Shown here: piece after piece, positions 27,391 through 37,455 of the stretch | Layout of the letters: each line of letters starts with the position of its first letter | How positions within the stretch are numbered: the first letter of the stretch is position 1 | DNA from: Candidatus Culexmicrobium cathedralense | Lineage (GTDB): Archaea; Thermoproteota; Methanomethylicia; Culexarchaeales; Culexmicrobiaceae | Length of the DNA: 64,000 bases | Reading direction: 5' to 3' | Assembly (NCBI GenBank): GCA_025061115.1 | Contig: JANZKC010000003.1 | Coordinates: 199,170-263,169, forward strand | The notes under the pieces: model-generated | The model's database searches: none | What the model saw: only the letters and a program-made list of their open reading frames with translations | What the model was told of the DNA's origin: nothing | Made by a program: the position numbers and the translations under genes

Positions 27391-27437
27391 CCTCAAATCT
27401 TAGATTTTAAACCACTATCAAAATCCTTTAATGTTCA

Positions 27438-28325
27438 ATGATTTTACAGTTATTCAAGGTGATTTTAATGGCTGAGCGCAAAGTCCTTCTTCATGAAATG
27501 ACTCGAAGCGCCTTTGAAGAGTGGCTTCAAAGCGAGAAGAGGCCAGTTGCCTTGATCGCGGTAGGGTCGATTGAGCAGCATGGACCGCACTTGCCATTAG
27601 GCACAGACACCATCTGGGCTGTTAGCGTTTGTGAAGAAATTGCTAGGAGAACGAACTCAATAGTTGTTCAACCATGCTGGCCTGGATTCTCCCCACATCA
27701 TATGGAGTTTAAGGGGACAATAACCTTCTCGGCTGAAACTCTCTTGAGAATATTGCTTGAAACAATCGGCTCTCTAGCTAAGCATGGTATTAGGCGCTTC
27801 ATCATAGTCAATGGTCATGGAGGCAACAATGAAATAGTAGCTTTAGCAGCTCGTCTAGCTAAAAGGAAATTTAGGGTTTATGTAGCAATACCCAGAGGCC
27901 CAACGACAACTAAAACAGCCAAGAAGTATAGGGATAGAGCTTTAAAGTACTTGGAAGTTCACTCAGGAGCAAGGGAAACTGGAAGCATGTTAATAATACG
28001 TCCAGACCTAGTTGAGATGCAGCGCGTTGAAGATTGGCAGCCGACAACAAAGCTTGAACCTGAGCTTGAAGAGCTTATGAATCCTGAAAGGGAGGATAGA
28101 GAAGTAGCAGAGCAAGTTTTCTGGGCTTCAATACCAATAAATACGCATGAATTCACTTCGTCAGGCATATATGCTTTGACTCATCCAAAGGACGCCGACT
28201 TGGAGGATGCTAAAAAGCGAAGGGAAGAATTCATAGAATTCGTAGTAAAATTCATTAATTTATGGAAGAAGATACCGCTGGAAGAGCGGGAAGAGAAATT
28301 GAAGAAGCAGCCGACAATTTACTAG
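27438..28325 (+). CDS. Creatininase-family amidohydrolase
   Basis: GSIEQHGPHLPLGTD, SPHH, NGHGGN and HSG..ET motifs; probable start MAERK. Confidence 0.92.
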   Translation: MILQLFKVILMAERKVLLHEMTRSAFEEWLQSEKRPVALIAVGSIEQHGPHLPLGTDTIWAVSVCEEIARRTNSIVVQPCWPGFSPHHMEFKGTITFSAETLLRILLETIGSLAKHGIRRFIIVNGHGGNNEIVALAARLAKRKFRVYVAIPRGPTTTKTAKKYRDRALKYLEVHSGARETGSMLIIRPDLVEMQRVEDWQPTTKLEPELEELMNPEREDREVAEQVFWASIPINTHEFTSSGIYALTHPKDADLEDAKKRREEFIEFVVKFINLWKKIPLEEREEKLKKQPTIY

Positions 28326-28363
28326 TATTAACATCTCTTCTCCATTTTATTAAATAATTGTGC

Positions 28364-28672
28364 TTAGTAAGATTTTTGAGCTGAGGCTTTTAGGCGCTTC
28401 TCAAAATCCATTAACTGCATAATTATCTCCGAAAGTTTTCTACCGGTTTCAGTTAAGCTATAAGCAACAGGCCTATACCTTTCATCTAAAACCCTTCTTT
28501 TAATTAACCTAAACTCAATAAGCTTTTTTATAGCTCTATTAGTTGTAGTGGAATACCCAACAATTTCAACAAGCTGCGAATATATTAGCAAGTCATTTTC
28601 GTAGAGTGCAATTAAAATTTTTGAAGCGCCTTTTAAGGCTAACAGCTTAAATATATCCAATGCATTTCCCAA
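28364..28672 (-). CDS. HxlR-like winged-helix regulator
   Basis: RP..YSLTETG wing motif. Confidence 0.8.
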   Translation of the reverse strand: MGNALDIFKLLALKGASKILIALYENDLLIYSQLVEIVGYSTTTNRAIKKLIEFRLIKRRVLDERYRPVAYSLTETGRKLSEIIMQLMDFEKRLKASAQKSY

Positions 28673-28773
28673 CTTAATTTAATTAAATAGTCTGAAAAAA
28701 CAATTTGAAGTGTCGGAAATATATAAATACTGCACACGCTATAAATCACCTGAACGCTGGAGTTGTTTAAGTT

Positions 28774-29556
28774 ATGGGGAGCCTCTCTAATAAGGTTTTG
28801 CCCTTAATAATTAGTGATGGCGGCAAGTTTGTTGAGTTTTTCATGATATTCAAAAACTGCGCTATTCAAAGTAGAGCAACTAGGTTTATTAGCGAAAATG
28901 GCTTCCGCATAGTTCACATGGAAACTTTTAGGGATAATGATGGAAAAATAGTCGTTAAAGGAATTGCTGAAATTTCTTCAGCAAAAATTTCAACATCAGG
29001 AATGAAAGCGGCCTTAATGAATATCGAGGATGTGCTTGATGTCAAAATTAGGATGATCCCATATGATGGAGTTGCATTTTTCCTCAGCTTTTATCCCCCA
29101 ATCATGGCTGACATTCCATTGATCATATTTAGAGCAAAGCACTTTTCCAATATGATTAATGCAATAAAGGAAAAGTGGAGATCCGCTGGCGAAGCGGCAG
29201 TATATTATATTGGCGAAATGGCCGGCTATGAATCATACGACACGTTGAGCAGGCTGTTTAAGGAGAAAGGCTGGAAATTAGCTGAAATTGCTCTGTCACT
29301 CTCAAAGTGTTATGGTTGGTGGAGTAGAGCAGAAATGATTAATTTGAATGCTCAGAATGGCAGCATAATAATTAGGATACATGATTCTATTGAGTGCAGG
29401 TACGTTTCAACTCAAAGGCCAAATGGGCAGTATGTTAGAGGGTACTTGACAGGATTTTTCTCTAAACTTTTAAATTCTAAAGTTGAAGCCAAGGAACAGT
29501 TCTGCCTAGCGAAAGGAGACCCGTACTGTGAATATCATTTAACATTGTTAAAATAG
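28774..29556 (+). CDS. V4R-domain protein with ACT-like N-terminus
   Basis: GW, RGYLTG and E..CLAKGDPYCEY V4R motifs. Confidence 0.85.
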   Translation: MGSLSNKVLPLIISDGGKFVEFFMIFKNCAIQSRATRFISENGFRIVHMETFRDNDGKIVVKGIAEISSAKISTSGMKAALMNIEDVLDVKIRMIPYDGVAFFLSFYPPIMADIPLIIFRAKHFSNMINAIKEKWRSAGEAAVYYIGEMAGYESYDTLSRLFKEKGWKLAEIALSLSKCYGWWSRAEMINLNAQNGSIIIRIHDSIECRYVSTQRPNGQYVRGYLTGFFSKLLNSKVEAKEQFCLAKGDPYCEYHLTLLK

Positions 29557-29893
29557 ACAAGCTGATTCAAGGTACCCCTAAAACAGCTTTCAAGCCCCCC
29601 TCTTCGCTCAACTACTTGTCTTTAAGAAGGTGTCTGTTAGGCCAAAGGCTTTATTGAAATTCTGCTCCCACCACTCAATAACCTTTTCACGCTTTCTCTC
29701 GGCTGAAGGAACCTCCAAGCTAAAACTATATTGTATAGATCAAGAGCCTCAAAGTACAAATTTAGAGCCTTTCTAAACATCTCAGGAGCCATCACTTCCA
29801 GCGAGAGTAGTTCAGGATTCTCCAATATAGCTTCTAGAAAGCAAACTGGATGAGCCTGTCGATAAGGGCTTTGGCTTCCTCAACCTCATTTTT

Positions 29894-29912
29894 GTAATAC
29901 AACATGTATTAC
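29894..29912. promoter_or_regulatory. TA operator palindrome
   Basis: GTAATACA-ACA-TGTATTAC perfect 8-bp arms, 10 bp upstream of the antitoxin start. Confidence 0.65.
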
Positions 29913-29922
29913 GGTGTATTGA

Positions 29923-30153
29923 TTGGCTAGCGTCGTGGTGTCTGTTAGGATTCCTAGAGAGCTTAAGGAGAGACTCGATAAGTTGAACATCAATGTTAGT
30001 GAGGTTATTAGAGGTCTTCTCGAGGGATACGTCGAGAAGGCTGAGTTAAAGAGGCTCGAAGAACGGTTAATGAGGATTAGGAAACGCCTAGCGGCAAGGA
30101 TTGATGCCAGTACCATAGCCGCTCTCGTGAGGGAGGACAGGAGAAGAAGATGA
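29923..30153 (+). CDS. vapB: VapB-type RHH antitoxin
   Basis: SVVVSVRIPRELKE...INVSEVIR...VREDR. Confidence 0.85.
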   Translation: MASVVVSVRIPRELKERLDKLNINVSEVIRGLLEGYVEKAELKRLEERLMRIRKRLAARIDASTIAALVREDRRRR

Positions 30154-30290
30154 AACGTTTTCTCTTGGACGCTTCAGTGCTTATACCGTTACTCCTTAAT
30201 TATGGTGAAAAGTTACTCGGTATAACTGGTGAGATATCGCTGTATTTAATGGACTTAACCATCTATGAAGTTGGAGATAGTTTATCCAGA
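30150..30290 (+). pseudogene. vapC: Truncated VapC toxin
   Basis: FLLDASVL...DLTIYEVG is the PIN N-terminus; the rest of the track ORF is unrelated, largely antisense to the 30400..31011 gene, and lacks the YDA/TxD motifs. Confidence 0.8.
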
Positions 30291-30399
30291 ATTCAGGTCA
30301 TACCTCCCAGTAAATCCACACAACTAACCGCTATATCTAATAAGATATTTCAGGATCTCGAATTGAAAAACTCAAGGAATAGAATACTTAATATAGCAC

Positions 30400-31011
30400 T
30401 TAGGACTTACGTCTCTCCCTATAGGAGGAGAGAAGAGAAAGATGATATTCGAGACCACCAATTAGTTTATCAAGTTTTCCTAGAACCTCCCCATCTATCC
30501 TTTCACTTTCTAAAATTTCTTGACACTCCCTCAATAATTCCTTCAACTCTTCCTTTGACATCTTTACACTCCTCACAATCCCCGCCTCAAGCTTTACAAT
30601 CTTCTCAACAAGACCCCACTTGAAACTCCTACCCTTCCTTGGTTTTATCCTATTATAATACTTAATCAAATCTACCAATTTATCAAATCCGTCATCCCTC
30701 ACATAACAAACCAGATTAACCCTCACCAGTTCTACCCACGTCATCGTATTTCTTGAATAACCAGAATTAATTGAGACTCTAAGAAGCACATACTTCTTAC
30801 CCCTCAAATACTTCTCAAGAAACCTAACAAAATCACTATGCCAATCGCCCGTGAAATTCTTTATCGGAAGGACAACTAACCTCTTATCACTCAACAAGGT
30901 AACGTAAAGATCAACTCTTCTAAGATCCCAACTAAACGTGGAAGAAAATAAGCGGGGAATTGAAAAGAAGAACTTCTTCACAAACTCCTCAAAAGAGATC
31001 GGAACATGCAC
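30400..31011 (-). CDS. Hypothetical protein (may be 5'-truncated)
   Basis: 203-aa ORF with a C-terminal coiled coil. Confidence 0.6.
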   Translation of the reverse strand: MHVPISFEEFVKKFFFSIPRLFSSTFSWDLRRVDLYVTLLSDKRLVVLPIKNFTGDWHSDFVRFLEKYLRGKKYVLLRVSINSGYSRNTMTWVELVRVNLVCYVRDDGFDKLVDLIKYYNRIKPRKGRSFKWGLVEKIVKLEAGIVRSVKMSKEELKELLRECQEILESERIDGEVLGKLDKLIGGLEYHLSLLSSYRERRKS

Positions 31012-31108
31012 ATCTCTTATTGTAAACCCTCTTTCATTTTTTTAAACCCTACCAGATAAGGAATCAAAGTAAACGAAAACCCTCCAAAACCATACCTCTT
31101 AAGACTAT

Positions 31109-31708
31109 TTAGAAAGTAGGTAATTCTATACTTAAATGAACGAACAAGATCACGACTATCACCAATCTCAAAAGAGCTAAATTGTTTTCTACAAATCTCC
31201 TCTTACTTCCATTGGGTCTTCGACCACGAACCACGCCCTCTAATCCTAAATCCTCCAAATACCTCTTCGGAACCCTTAGACTATAGACAGCAAATGTATT
31301 GTCAACTCCGTAGTTAGGATAATTCGAGGAGAAATAGACGTATCCATAAGACTTAGTGTTAGCAGCTTGCACCCTCAACAGATTACTGTTGAAATATCCA
31401 GACATTGAATTTATGAATTCCCAAAGATCCATTCGTACACAAATCCACTCATTTAAAAACTGGTTATGGATAACAACAACGTCATAAGGCTTCTTCTCCG
31501 CTAAAACAAGAAACACAGCACGAACCCAAGGCTTAGCCCAGCTCCGCTCAGCCCATAGCAAAGCCTCACTAATAAATCCCTCCCTTAAAGCCCTCTGAAG
31601 AATATAAAAACTAACCTCCCTAATTTCTTCAAGATCCACCTTACTAAGCTCCTCAGGAGGAGATTCTTCCCTAAAAACTTCAACTAACTTACGTAGGAAA
31701 CAACTCAT
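31109..31708 (-). CDS. Hypothetical protein (possibly chimeric ends)
   Basis: 199-aa ORF. Confidence 0.55.
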   Translation of the reverse strand: MSCFLRKLVEVFREESPPEELSKVDLEEIREVSFYILQRALREGFISEALLWAERSWAKPWVRAVFLVLAEKKPYDVVVIHNQFLNEWICVRMDLWEFINSMSGYFNSNLLRVQAANTKSYGYVYFSSNYPNYGVDNTFAVYSLRVPKRYLEDLGLEGVVRGRRPNGSKRRFVENNLALLRLVIVVILFVHLSIELPTF

Positions 31709-31728
31709 TAATTATAAATTAGAATCAC

Positions 31729-32284
31729 AGACTTCTCCAAATAGAGGGTTAACTGTCTGGAAGTGGAACGTAGTATACGATGCAACTCCTGAAGTAACAT
31801 CTCTAATATATATAGGTATATACACCAAACTTTCCTAATCAGTATTGTCAACAAGTTTATGTTTACATACTTACATCAGCTAAATATAACTTCAAAAACA
31901 ACGATGCCTTTAGGAGCAGAATATGGAGAAAGAGTTTCGACTATAAACTTCTTTAAAGTGGTTCTACCTGTCGAAGAATCAGCTAACGGAAACTATACTT
32001 ATCTCCTTGATAGCTGGTATGTCTTTCCAAGAGAAATAAGGCTTTTTGCGAAAGGAAAGAACTGCTATGTTTTCAACCCTTCAAGTGGCAAATATGAGAA
32101 AGAAGCTCGTTTCATGGCAGGATCACCCAAATTACTTCTTATATCGGAAAACCCCAAAGCCTTATTTCCAGAAAAACCTAGCAACGCTACTGAAACTTCA
32201 CCATATATACCTAAGGATTTCAAGGAAGAATACTCCATTAGTCAAAACTTCCCACTAAACCTCGTTGTAAACTTGGTTTTATGA
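31729..32284 (+). pseudogene. 3' remnant of a secreted protein
   Basis: An upstream frame (RLLQIEGLTVWKWNVVYDATPEV...) shifts near 31810-31830 into track ORF 31859..32284; no signal peptide or clear start. Confidence 0.45.
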
Positions 32285-32386
32285 GTAGCTATAATCCTAC
32301 TCGTGAGCTTTGAAGTAGCACGTAGAATTAGTGAGAAGTAGAAAAACTTTTATAACCTCCTTCTAAAAGTTGGAAGGCATGACAAA

Positions 32387-35300
32387 ATGAAGACCTATAG
32401 TTTAAGGTATCTCTCAATAACCATAATCCTGCTAATCATAGTTAGCCTAACCTACAGTATAATTCCTGTAGAGGCTTCAACGCAGGAAACTATAGACTAC
32501 GATATATACGCTCCGCCACTCCTAAGGACATATCCTTATGGCTTTACTAGAGAGTTACCAATACCCCTCAACCTAAAAATCCTCGTAATCCCAGTACATT
32601 TAGCAGATGCTCCTCTTCCAGAGGATTATCTAGTGAAGCTCAACGAGTGGCTTGAATACGTTAAGGATTACTGGTACGACGCAACCAAAGGTAACGTTAG
32701 GATAAGCTTTAAAGTCTATCCAAAACCAGTTCTCGTTCCATATAGGGCTGAAGATATAGGTGATAACACCATAATCTTTTTGGACTTTATACCACCTGTT
32801 AAAGAGGAGTTCAACACATACATGTTTGTTCACGCATCAGTACCTTTCGAGGCTGGAAACAAGAAGGGTATCTGGAGTCAGACAATACGGTTTTCACCAG
32901 ATGACAACAGACCTTCACTTGTTATTGTCTCACTAGCTGGATGCAGAGATACAATAGTGCATGAAGTAGGACACCTCCTCGGTCTCGAAGACTTAGTGGA
33001 TGTTTACTTCAGTCCGATGGGAGTATTCATTGCTTCCGAACAGTTTAGAGCTAGACTGTTAGACCGAGAACCCTTACCAACACCATACCCTACTCTACCA
33101 GAGCTGTGGATAGCGGGACTAATTGACAGAAAATCATCTATGACCGTTGTAATACCTAAAACTTTAGAGGGAGAAGTAGAAACCGTTCTTCAACCCGTAG
33201 CTTTACCCAGTCCAAAAGGCATCTTCATACCTTTCAGCTATAAAGTTGAAGATAGAGGTTTCAACGTAACATTTCACAAAGCCTCTGGCTTCTTCGTTGA
33301 AGTCAGATTCCTTGAAGACCGAGATGAAGTTATAAAGGAATACGAGTTCGACAACCCAGCGTTAGGAAAGGTTATGGGAGCATTTATGGTAGTATATAAC
33401 TATACGATGAGTGTGAAATATGATAGTTTAGGAAGTCCTTACGAAGCTAAATATGACCTCGTGGAAGAGTCCTATGGTGAATCTAAGAGCTTAACTAAAA
33501 TCAGATATTTGCCCTTAGCTGTCGGAAATAAAGTGAACATTCCGATAAACCAGACTCATAGCGTAATTATCGAAATTACTGGCGTTGACTATGTTAACAT
33601 GAAGGTATCAGTCAAAGTCTATGTTGAAGTAGTCAGAACAGCTATACTAGGAATAATGCAGGAAACATTTATAGAACCGACAAACCTCTTAGCTTACAAC
33701 AAGACATTCTTCATAAAGCTAATTCCTAAAGACCTCAACGACCTAACTAGAGAAGCATATTATGACTACTATCTCCTACCTATTGTAGTAAGCTTCGCAA
33801 AAGCTGGAGACTACGAGCTTGAATTCTACATAGATGGAGAAAAAACTGGAAAGTATCTTGGTATGACAGCACCAAAAAGCGAATTCATCAGATTCGTGAA
33901 AGACTTTGGTTATGGTGAAGGTTGGGTTAAATTCACGGTGCATGATAAAACTACGGTTGCCTTCATATTTGAAGCGGAGCTTCCAGAAAAAATGGTTAGA
34001 GAATTTAAGGTAGTATTAAGAGACCTTGAAACGGGAGAGGCTGTTGATGAATATGAGTTCAAAATTGCCTCTGGAACACTTATCCACATCGAGGTTGAAG
34101 GGAAGGATTACTACTTAGAGTACAAATTTGCATCCTCATTTGCTCAATACTTTGGCTATGTGTTAAACACACCATATTCCTACGTTTATAGAACATCAGA
34201 GGAAAAACCTTACATAGTAACTGACTACTACATTCAGCCAGCCAAGAAAGGTAAGAGCGTAGAGTTTGTAACTCTTGGAGAAGAAATAGTGGTTAGTGGA
34301 CACTTTGACATCCCAATTATTTTACCAATAGGTTACATACCGTCCGAAGAAACTAATCTATATGCAATATTGAATACATTTGAGTTTATGTTGATAAGAA
34401 CCGAAGACGGGGGAATAACTTTTCCAAAGAAAGTAATCATAAAGCATAACGGTGAAGTTCTCAGAACATACGAAGTTAAACTCGACAGTAAACTAGGAAT
34501 ATTTTGGGATGATGAACAAGTTGACATATTTCAAATACTGGGAACATCGCAAAAAGTTTGTTCGGCTGATCGTGCATGTGAATTGTTCCCAGTAGGATAT
34601 TATGAAGTCATAGTAAAGCCCTACGAAGTCCATAAAGTTAGAATAAAAGTTACAACTCCAAGCGGAGATCCCATACCTATTGATGTAGGCTATGTAGCTC
34701 CACCATACGGCTATCTCTATGCATGGTATATAGGAGCAATAGCAAATGTAAAGAACGATTCTACTCCTGCTTTAGCACCATTCTATCCAACGTGGGGAGG
34801 AGAATTTATTGCTCCAACAGTCTTTCCAGCCTTCGAATTCTTCAAGGTAAACTATCTTGGTAATGGAACATACGAATACTACCTACCAGAAGGCGTTAAA
34901 GTGCCAATATTCTTCATATACTCGAAACCCTTACTAGACGAGGAAGGTAGAATACTGGCTCTCGACATGCCTACTGTTTACTCGTTGACTGCTAACTCCA
35001 AAATATGGTTCATAGGCTACATAGAGGCTTACGAAGACATGAACGTTGCCTTCACAGTACCCCTATACAAGCTCACTATAAACGTAGCCGACCCAGAACT
35101 CTACCATAAGATACTGATTGTTCCCGCCTACAATGATATATTCCAGCTTCTATCAACAGATTACAAATATGCTGTCTGGAACTGCTATGAGAAAATGGAA
35201 AAACTTGTCCAAGAATACCTGAAAACAATATCGGCAATTGAAGACCCGAAGAAATTCATCAATGAAACTTTGAACTTCATTAGTGAGAGGGATAACTGGA

Positions 35301-35728
35301 TTGGTGTACATGTTGCTCCAGACTTCTCTGGAGGAGTAAAGATATACTTTAAAGATAGAGAGCTATTTCCACTTCCAGACGCCACAGTTTACAGAGTAGG
35401 TAACACTTGGTATCTGCCACCAAACAAGTACCACGTTTATGTTGGAGGCTCAATAAAGGTTGCAGAGGACTTTTCAAGTATTAGTGTAGAAGATGGTGTA
35501 TTAGTTGCTGAAGTATCACTTTATAAAGATGCGTACTTAAATCTCCAACTTACGAAGGAAGTAGTAGAAGAACTTAGTATAACGGTTTGGGATGCAATAG
35601 GGATGGGTGTAGCTCTCTGGCTAATTGCTGGTCTATCAAGTCTCATCGCTTCTCTAATTCTCTTTAGAATTTACAAGAAGAGAATAATGAAGAAAATAGA
35701 GAAGGCGGTAGCTAATGAAAACCAGTAG
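32387..35728 (+). CDS. Large membrane-anchored zinc metalloprotease (M6/InhA-like domain)
   Basis: Signal peptide, KILVIPV, DYWYDAT.G, HEVGHLLGLEDL (HExxH), C-terminal TM. Confidence 0.8.
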   Translation: MKTYSLRYLSITIILLIIVSLTYSIIPVEASTQETIDYDIYAPPLLRTYPYGFTRELPIPLNLKILVIPVHLADAPLPEDYLVKLNEWLEYVKDYWYDATKGNVRISFKVYPKPVLVPYRAEDIGDNTIIFLDFIPPVKEEFNTYMFVHASVPFEAGNKKGIWSQTIRFSPDDNRPSLVIVSLAGCRDTIVHEVGHLLGLEDLVDVYFSPMGVFIASEQFRARLLDREPLPTPYPTLPELWIAGLIDRKSSMTVVIPKTLEGEVETVLQPVALPSPKGIFIPFSYKVEDRGFNVTFHKASGFFVEVRFLEDRDEVIKEYEFDNPALGKVMGAFMVVYNYTMSVKYDSLGSPYEAKYDLVEESYGESKSLTKIRYLPLAVGNKVNIPINQTHSVIIEITGVDYVNMKVSVKVYVEVVRTAILGIMQETFIEPTNLLAYNKTFFIKLIPKDLNDLTREAYYDYYLLPIVVSFAKAGDYELEFYIDGEKTGKYLGMTAPKSEFIRFVKDFGYGEGWVKFTVHDKTTVAFIFEAELPEKMVREFKVVLRDLETGEAVDEYEFKIASGTLIHIEVEGKDYYLEYKFASSFAQYFGYVLNTPYSYVYRTSEEKPYIVTDYYIQPAKKGKSVEFVTLGEEIVVSGHFDIPIILPIGYIPSEETNLYAILNTFEFMLIRTEDGGITFPKKVIIKHNGEVLRTYEVKLDSKLGIFWDDEQVDIFQILGTSQKVCSADRACELFPVGYYEVIVKPYEVHKVRIKVTTPSGDPIPIDVGYVAPPYGYLYAWYIGAIANVKNDSTPALAPFYPTWGGEFIAPTVFPAFEFFKVNYLGNGTYEYYLPEGVKVPIFFIYSKPLLDEEGRILALDMPTVYSLTANSKIWFIGYIEAYEDMNVAFTVPLYKLTINVADPELYHKILIVPAYNDIFQLLSTDYKYAVWNCYEKMEKLVQEYLKTISAIEDPKKFINETLNFISERDNWIGVHVAPDFSGGVKIYFKDRELFPLPDATVYRVGNTWYLPPNKYHVYVGGSIKVAEDFSSISVEDGVLVAEVSLYKDAYLNLQLTKEVVEELSITVWDAIGMGVALWLIAGLSSLIASLILFRIYKKRIMKKIEKAVANENQ

Positions 35729-36164
35729 GATACTTTGGATTTCTTTTGTCGCCTCTTTTATACTATATCTGATTGTTCTTGGTTTCTATATACCAAGAAT
35801 AGCTGTGTCTGGAACATGTTTACCTAAGGATATCTCTTTATCCGAAGTTTACCTAAAGAATACAGCTACCTTCCTAGGACACCTTTTTCTACCATTTCTC
35901 CTCCCAGCATTCATAATGATAGATATAAGTCAATTAGAAGCTCTAACAAAACTAATTTTACCGCAGTTCAACTTCACCGTGATAATTATCTTCTACATAA
36001 TAGAACACATCCTCTGTAGCACAGCGTTTTCTTATGGTGTTCTTCTTTACGTAAAAAGGAGTTCCCAAATCCTAAAAGATAAGCGGTTGATTTCGGCTTT
36101 TATCCTAGTCTTCGTATTTAGCTTAATTGAAAAGGTTGTTCTATTATGGGGATGTGAGATATGA
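35715..36164 (+). CDS. SpoIIM/DUF95-like membrane protein
   Basis: Y.KN, IIE and final SLIE patterns with several TMs. Confidence 0.5.
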   Translation: MKTSRILWISFVASFILYLIVLGFYIPRIAVSGTCLPKDISLSEVYLKNTATFLGHLFLPFLLPAFIMIDISQLEALTKLILPQFNFTVIIIFYIIEHILCSTAFSYGVLLYVKRSSQILKDKRLISAFILVFVFSLIEKVVLLWGCEI

Positions 36165-36207
36165 ATTTCCCTATTTAACCTCTCATAAAAAAGAAGTGGT
36201 GGAACGT

Positions 36208-36408
36208 ATGAAGATGAATCTAACTCAAGCAGTAATCTCGCTAGTTCTCATAACTATAATTATCGCTGGATTGACGCCAATATCGGTTCTACAAGAAGAT
36301 ACTGTCGGTGTAGTCAAAGGCACGTTACTTATAGATAAACTAGGGTACGTCCACGTAAACTTAGTTACAGAACCAGACTATAGTAGAAATGAAACTATAT
36401 GTATTTAA
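36208..36408 (+). pseudogene. N-terminal fragment of a secreted protein
   Basis: MKMNLTQAVISLVLITIIIAG signal peptide followed by only about 45 aa before the stop. Confidence 0.45.
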
Positions 36409-37132
36409 GGTACAACAAAAAGAAAAGGGGAGAGCCGTGAAGATCTATAACCAGATATTAGGATATATAAAACCGACAACTCAAAAAATCAAATTACTCC
36501 TTAGAATAGCAATGATATTAATGGCTATAGCTTCATTGCCACTTTACATAGGTAGCATACCACTCTTATTCCTTAGAGTCCTATTGATTATAGGATTTTT
36601 GATTAGTGGCTCTATCTCGCTAGTATATCTAGGGTTCTTACACAGAAAAACTAAGTTGGGTAAAGCAACACTTATTCTGGGAATAATATCAATAACATCA
36701 GTTTTGGTATTTATAGTGGCAGATGTTATGCTTTCTTTAGTTCTACAGGAAATGGTTAACAAGTCAATTGGAGGAGAAACCGTTGAAGAGGAGCTAATCA
36801 ACTACGCTTCTTCGCTTCTAATAGCAAGACAAATATCTGCTCCGTTCCTAATATTATCATCCTCGCTAATACCGTTCTTATCGTGGATTAACATTAAGAA
36901 AGCGAAGTATCTTGAAAACAAGATATTCACAATATGTTCGGGGCTAGCAATCATCTTCTTCGTGCTTTTCATCGGTCAGCTATTTTCAATCACCGGTTCT
37001 CTCTTCCTTAAAGAAACAACTCCAGAAGATTTCATACGAAGCATATATGAACTTCTGTTTGTTTCAGTACCAACTTTCATATTAAGTATCCTTTTATTTA
37101 GAAGCTATGGAAAGGTGAAAGGAGGGAGTTAA
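36389..37132 (+). CDS. Multi-pass membrane protein
   Basis: About 6 hydrophobic helices. Confidence 0.7.
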   Translation: MKLYVFKVQQKEKGRAVKIYNQILGYIKPTTQKIKLLLRIAMILMAIASLPLYIGSIPLLFLRVLLIIGFLISGSISLVYLGFLHRKTKLGKATLILGIISITSVLVFIVADVMLSLVLQEMVNKSIGGETVEEELINYASSLLIARQISAPFLILSSSLIPFLSWINIKKAKYLENKIFTICSGLAIIFFVLFIGQLFSITGSLFLKETTPEDFIRSIYELLFVSVPTFILSILLFRSYGKVKGGS

Positions 37133-37133
37133 A

Positions 37134-37455
37134 ATGTCCGTGCTTGGGAACGCAATCATTGTTAAGGGCAACAAATACTCTATAGAAGTAGCTACCGAAG
37201 AAGGATACTACCTCTACATTAAAGGTGCAGAAGAAGTTACTAAATCATTCACTTTATCATCGGTCTTTGACGTGCCTATAGTAGCTGTCCTTAGCGAAGA
37301 ACAAGTGAAGGAATTAAACCTTCCTGTAAAAGGTGGAGAAGAGACCCAACCCAAGCCCACTATACATGGTGTTAGCCGTATTATTAGTTGGAGGTGCTAT
37401 TGTTGGAGTAGGCTATGTGGGATATAAGGTGGTGAGAAAGTGGAGAAAAGAGTAA
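37134..37455 (+). pseudogene. Frameshifted membrane-anchored protein
   Basis: After ...GGEETQPK an alternative frame reads PLYMVLAVLLVGGAIVGVGYVGYKVVRKWRKE*, a TM plus basic tail; shift near 37355. Confidence 0.6.

Noticed and set aside
29570-29584. Similarity of AAGGTACCCCTAAA to AAGGGGACCCTAAA at about 18199 as a shared recombination site
   Set aside because: Short, imperfect and unsupported by any other boundary evidence.
30290-30623. Full-length 157-aa VapC as given in the ORF track
   Set aside because: The C-terminal two-thirds lack PIN motifs and are largely antisense to another ORF.
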